This document shows positions 59,438 to 64,000 of a DNA stretch of 64,000 nt, piece after piece. The notes under the pieces were generated by a model. That model ran no database searches. It was not told where the DNA came from and saw nothing but the letters and a program-made list of their open reading frames with translations. Positions within the stretch are counted from its first letter, which is position 1; the number at the start of each line of letters is the position of its first letter. The translations under genes and the position numbers were made by a program. The stretch lies in NCBI GenBank assembly GCA_020891255.1, contig BQFW01000007.1:1302001-1366000 (forward strand), in the 5' to 3' direction. This stretch comes from Entomortierella parvispora E1425 (Eukaryota; Fungi; Mortierellomycota).

Positions 59438-62436
59438 ATGCCTGCCTGCAAATTTAAAGTCATCATTGTCGGAGGAGGCGTCTCGGGCCTTGCCATGGGT
59501 GTCATGCTTGAGCGCGCCAGCATAGATTATCTGATCCTCGAAGCTGCAGACCAGATCAGACCCTTGGGTGGAGTGCTGAGTCTTCAACCGTCCGTCATGA
59601 GGGCCATGGAGCAGCTCGGTCTGCTGGAGGATCTTCTCCGCCAGTCCAATGTCATGACAGGGGTCACCTTGCTCGACCACAAGCTGAACCAGATTTGCGA
59701 ACTCAATGTCGACTACGCGCGAGAAAGGTAACTTTAGATTGCCCTTCACTCTTTCCTTACCTTCTCTTCAATTGAGTTCAGAGAGATTCTTTCTCAGGAC
59801 CGTCTCCAAGCCAGCAGCCATGGTCTGAAATACGCTCAATCTTTCTTCCCACACTCCTACACCACCACTCTCTTTTCCCCAACATCTTGCCGGTTGTCTT
59901 GTACCCCGGTGAGCTCACCAAAAACCAAAAAAGAAAAAAAAAGAAAAAGAAAAACTCCAAGACCCAAGGCAGAAATTCATCCTTGTGCGCCCATCACATC
60001 TGCGACACACACACAGGCCCAGATCCTTTTACTTTGAGGGTCCATTTGTCCACCCCCATCCTTCGCCCCTCGCCCTTGTCGCTAATCCTATTCTTGCGCT
60101 CTCGATCTTTTTTGCATTTATTTTCCGCGTGCGCCAAAAAAAGATACGGATACGACGCCTTGACCATTGTCCGTCCCAAACTCTTTGACATTTTCTTGTC
60201 TCGTATTCCGGCCTACAAGATCCTCTTTGGCAAGAGTGTGGTTTCGACGGCTCAGAATAAGGACGGGGTCAAGGTCCGATGCAAGGATGGGTCGACTTAC
60301 TCGGGCGATATCATAGTAGCAGCCGATGGAGCAGAGTCACCGATTCGAGAGGCGTTCTATGAAGAGATTCGCCGACGGTCCTTGGATGGCAAGGTGCCAT
60401 ACCCCAGTGATTATGAGAGGCCCAAGCTGGAGCAGCGATGCGTGGTGGGTGTGACCCAACCTCTTTCGTTGAAGCAGTTCCCAGTTTTGGAATCCAAGAA
60501 CTGTCAATTACAGCTGATCATGCCTCGAGATCGCAACTGCATGGTATGGTTTTTTTCCCTTCCAAATTCGTGGTCATTGAAACGCCATGATTGACATCCT
60601 CTGTGCTTTGGTAGATCTGGGTCGTACCCATGTCAGAAAATCGAATTGGATGGAGCGTTACAGCACCACTACCTAAGCCCAAGAATTCTGGATTTTCAGG
60701 CAATGGAGACCTCAAATCAGGGCTACAGAAGATGAGGGGGCAGGACTTCAGCGATATAGAATCTCGAGGAAACGGACGACATGAATCAGGCATAGAATCC
60801 TTTGGCACTGAGGACTACTCTACTATTTCTTACAGTTCTCCGCCGTCGACAACCTCCTCTGGACTCCATGCTTCCTATGAAAGCGAAAGCATTGGCTACG
60901 GAAGCAACAGCCTGAACACAAGGGTTAATATGGATTATCTCAATGAGGGTTTGCAGTCCATTACACTGGCATCGAACGATCGACCGCGATTTGACAGGAA
61001 CAGCAGCAGCAGTTCAAAAGACGATCATATCATCAAGAAACGAAAGTCCTTGGGCATTCTTTCCAAGAGCAGTTCAGCTGCTTCTGTCACCAGTAGCGCT
61101 AGCAGTGAATCAAGAAGCACCTTTGAACGGTATCCGATTTTCTTGCAGCCTGACGATGATTCGACAGAGCATTTGACAGTGCAGCCAAGCGATCGGATTT
61201 GGAACCAGATGGACCCAAAGTACTCGATTGATGAAGATATCCGAAGTCAACCTTGTCCCTTTGGTGGAAATTTCGGAGATATGGTCGACGCAACATCCAA
61301 GAACATGGTGGCGATGGTGGTCGTGGAAGAGAAGTTTTATCATACATGGCATTTTGGAAGGACGATTCTGATCGGCGATGGTAAGATGGCTTGAAAAAGC
61401 TGATCAGTTTATTTCGATGAAGGATTTACTCACAGAAAATTTCCCTTTTTTTTTTTCTCAATGATACCTGTCTTGTCCGAATTATAGCCTGCCACAAGGT
61501 ACTCAATCTACGATCCGCCCATGTACACTTTTCTTGAAGGATAGGCGCTCTTTTCTAACCATTCATATCACTTCTTGCGGATAGCTCTTGCCTTCTTCAG
61601 GACACGGGACGACGCAGGCGGTGCTAGATGTTATCAGTTTAGTTTCACTTTTGGTCGATCTGCCCAGCAACTCGACCACCGACATTGACGCCTTGTTCCG
61701 ACTTCATTTTCAAAGACGAGGCTCCGAAGCCAAGTCCGCCGTCCATCGGTCAAAGGATCAAGACCAACTCTTGTTTAACAGGGTAAAAATCATGGACCAC
61801 GCATCTTGGAGTGGAAAAAAAAGGGAAAAATTAACTAAGTGGCTATTGACTGACCTAACCTTCCTTGTTCTGGTTCTCTGGACTGGACTCTCATCACGGC
61901 TATAGAATCTCTCTGGAAGGATCATTCGAAAGATGGCCTCGAACTGGATCGCGAACAGGATCAAGATTCGCCTAGGCGACAGCATCCTTGAGCGAAGACC
62001 TATGCTTCACTTTTTGAAACCAATTCCCGATAGGGGTTATCACCCCAACAAGGACAAGACGGTACCACTGCTGCAAGACAAGCGGTTCGAGTCTGCTCGG
62101 AGAAAGTCCGTCTCTTCTGGGTATATCAGGACAGGCAAAAACGGGGATAGAGAGGATGGCACGACGGACCATGTCGTGTTTGATTCATCAATGTTTTCGA
62201 ATTCGACCCCGTCCATCCTTTTACCACCAGCATTTGATACCCTGTCATCCTCCTCCTCTTTGCACCATCCGGTTCCAGCTTTGCCAAGGTCATCAAGACC
62301 GATGTCTTCGCTGATGGATATCGAAGGAACATTGGTCCCGAACATGACAAGGCGGTCAGAGATCCATCACCTTGACCAGCCGTATATGGATTCCAGGCAC
62401 ACAAAGACGGGCCATTGGCACATGTATGACCAATAA
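59438..62436 (+). CDS. FAD-dependent monooxygenase-like protein with Ser-rich insertion and tail; 6 exons
   Basis: VIIVGGGVSG, IVAADGAESPIR and ILIGD|ACHK|LLPSSGHGTTQAVLD. Introns at 59728-60143, 60544-60614, 61381-61487, 61499-61584 and 61783-61905. Confidence 0.88.
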
Positions 62437-62653
62437 AAAAGGCAACATGAAAATCCTCTTGGTATCACTCTGGACAAATGCTTGATCAGGCACCGTCTTC
62501 TTTATTGACATCTTTGTTTTCCAGAATAACCAAAGATGCAGAAATGAGTATGTACATTCTCGCGCTGAGAAAAAAACCATGGAGCGCCAGGATCTTGAGG
62601 TTAGGACCTTGAGATTATATTGGAACGGGCTAGTCAATTCGGTCATCCTGGTC

Positions 62654-64000
62654 CTATACGCTGCTACTACCATCGTCAACTGTGCGAATATGACTCAGCT
62701 GAATATCCAATGCTGGTCTGTACGTCTGAATCTCTTGCGCTTGGGAGACCGACATGCCGTACCCACCCTTGATCATCAACCTTTCCAACATCTTCATGGG
62801 CATCGAAGTAGCCACTGTTTCCTCGTGGGTCGTGCCATCCATATTCTGGCTTTGAAGGCCACTCAGCCAATCAATCTCTGGTTTTCTCAGTGGTTTCTCA
62901 AGTCCTGTCCATTCCAAGGTCCGAAGTCGATCCAGTTGACCTAATCTCCAGAGTCCCGTGGACAGTGTTAATGGCAGGCGTAAGTCTCGCATGTGCAACG
63001 ACTCCAGATCCGAGAGACGCTCAATTTGGCTATAGATCTGCTTCAGGATCAATTGGCGCCTGTACTCTTGAGCAGAGTGGACGTCGGGCGACGGAGGAAT
63101 GTTGCCATGAGGTTGTGATGTGGATGACGTCCCAGAGAAGGATGTGAGTCCGTCCATTGTATCCAAGTCTGTCTCGTCTATCGCCTCAGGTGCCGGTAAT
63201 TGCATGGGTGCTCCAAGGATCTGGTATTCGAGGTGTGGATCAAAAAAGCCGGCGGCTGTGGGAAGAACCGACTGTGTTGCCATTGCACCAACGCCTCCTA
63301 ACAACGGCTCACTGATTGTGTTTGTCATTCCAAACTCGATCAGGATCTGATGAAGACTGTTGAGTGAAAACTGAAGCTCCTTTAGCTTTAAACACTTCCA
63401 GAGTCGATGAAAGAACACGGCTGCAGTGACCCGGTGACAGTACAGAAAAGACACGGATGTGAGCGATGCGCAAGTCGTCAGTAGGTGTCGGAGACCGCTA
63501 TCAGACATGTGTGCGCAGCAGTTAAGGACAACCGTATGCAGGTCTGGGTTGTTGTCAGCGAGAAAGGTGAGCGCCCTGTCCTCGACCCTGGTTGACATCA
63601 GGTTGACGTCCTGGAGATGCCGAGAATGCTCAAACAAGGCTTCGAACCCCACCGATTCGATTTGATTACAGTTTGAAAAGTTGACGATGGTCAACTCTGT
63701 CCATTGATGATCGACTGTGAGTGACGGTAATGATCTCAGTGAATCGCCTTTGTCCTCAGACTCCTTTGAATAGGAGATATCCAGGGCCTCGCACCATCGG
63801 ACCAATCCTCTGTGAGTTAAGGAGCGGTTACCCGAGACGGTCAGGACTTGGATGTGAGGAGATGTTTTTGTGATCTGAAAGAGCGCCTCATCCGTCATCA
63901 GATGAGTTTCCGTCATGTCCAGATACCGTAGGTTTTTAGACCCTTGAAACGAAGGTTGGAAATAGCGATTGTCCTCAGGATGAGATCCTTGTAGCCTGGG
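62654..64000 (-). CDS. RNI-like LRR (probable F-box) protein, 5'-truncated by the window edge
   Basis: The frame is open to position 64000. LRRs LRYLDMTETHLMTDEAL and LQDVNLMSTRVED, with family motif WKCLKLKELQF...LWRLGQLDRLRTL. Confidence 0.85.
   Translation of the reverse strand, partial: PRLQGSHPEDNRYFQPSFQGSKNLRYLDMTETHLMTDEALFQITKTSPHIQVLTVSGNRSLTHRGLVRWCEALDISYSKESEDKGDSLRSLPSLTVDHQWTELTIVNFSNCNQIESVGFEALFEHSRHLQDVNLMSTRVEDRALTFLADNNPDLHTVVLNCCAHMSDSGLRHLLTTCASLTSVSFLYCHRVTAAVFFHRLWKCLKLKELQFSLNSLHQILIEFGMTNTISEPLLGGVGAMATQSVLPTAAGFFDPHLEYQILGAPMQLPAPEAIDETDLDTMDGLTSFSGTSSTSQPHGNIPPSPDVHSAQEYRRQLILKQIYSQIERLSDLESLHMRDLRLPLTLSTGLWRLGQLDRLRTLEWTGLEKPLRKPEIDWLSGLQSQNMDGTTHEETVATSMPMKMLERLMIKGGYGMSVSQAQEIQTYRPALDIQLSHIRTVDDGSSSV

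Overview
Eukaryotic, intron-rich fungal genomic DNA. The GT-AG introns with CTAAC branch points and the gene repertoire point to an early-diverging fungus, most likely Mortierellaceae/Mucoromycota (inference). About 21 protein-coding loci are supported. Conserved genes: SEC15, VPS10, RPL10, CKB1, a GPH/SUT-type sugar transporter, TFIP11, a CBS-PB1 protein, a P3A H+-ATPase, a peroxisomal quinone oxidoreductase, ITFG1/LINKIN and two FAD monooxygenases. Ubiquitin-ligase adaptor genes are unusually dense: one F-box-WD40, five RNI-like F-box/LRR, one cNMP-F-box-LRR and one BTB gene. Highlights: (i) a ~2-kb tandem duplication of a head-to-head F-box pair, leaving a frameshifted copy and a 100-bp gene relic (2.8-8.1 kb); (ii) a 3.5-kb gap between the CBS-PB1 and F-box genes holding a decayed DIRS-type retrotransposon RNase H fragment fused to a higher-order 81/126/207-bp minisatellite (35.3-36.8 kb); (iii) a 1293-aa protein with two cyclic-nucleotide-binding domains, an F-box, LRRs and clustered PKA motifs, a candidate cAMP-gated SCF receptor; (iv) several 10-18-nt micro-exons, a GC-AG intron and a split start codon. 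No rRNA, tRNA, CRISPR array or bacterial-type sequence was recognised. All calls are by eye from the sequence; no database search was run.
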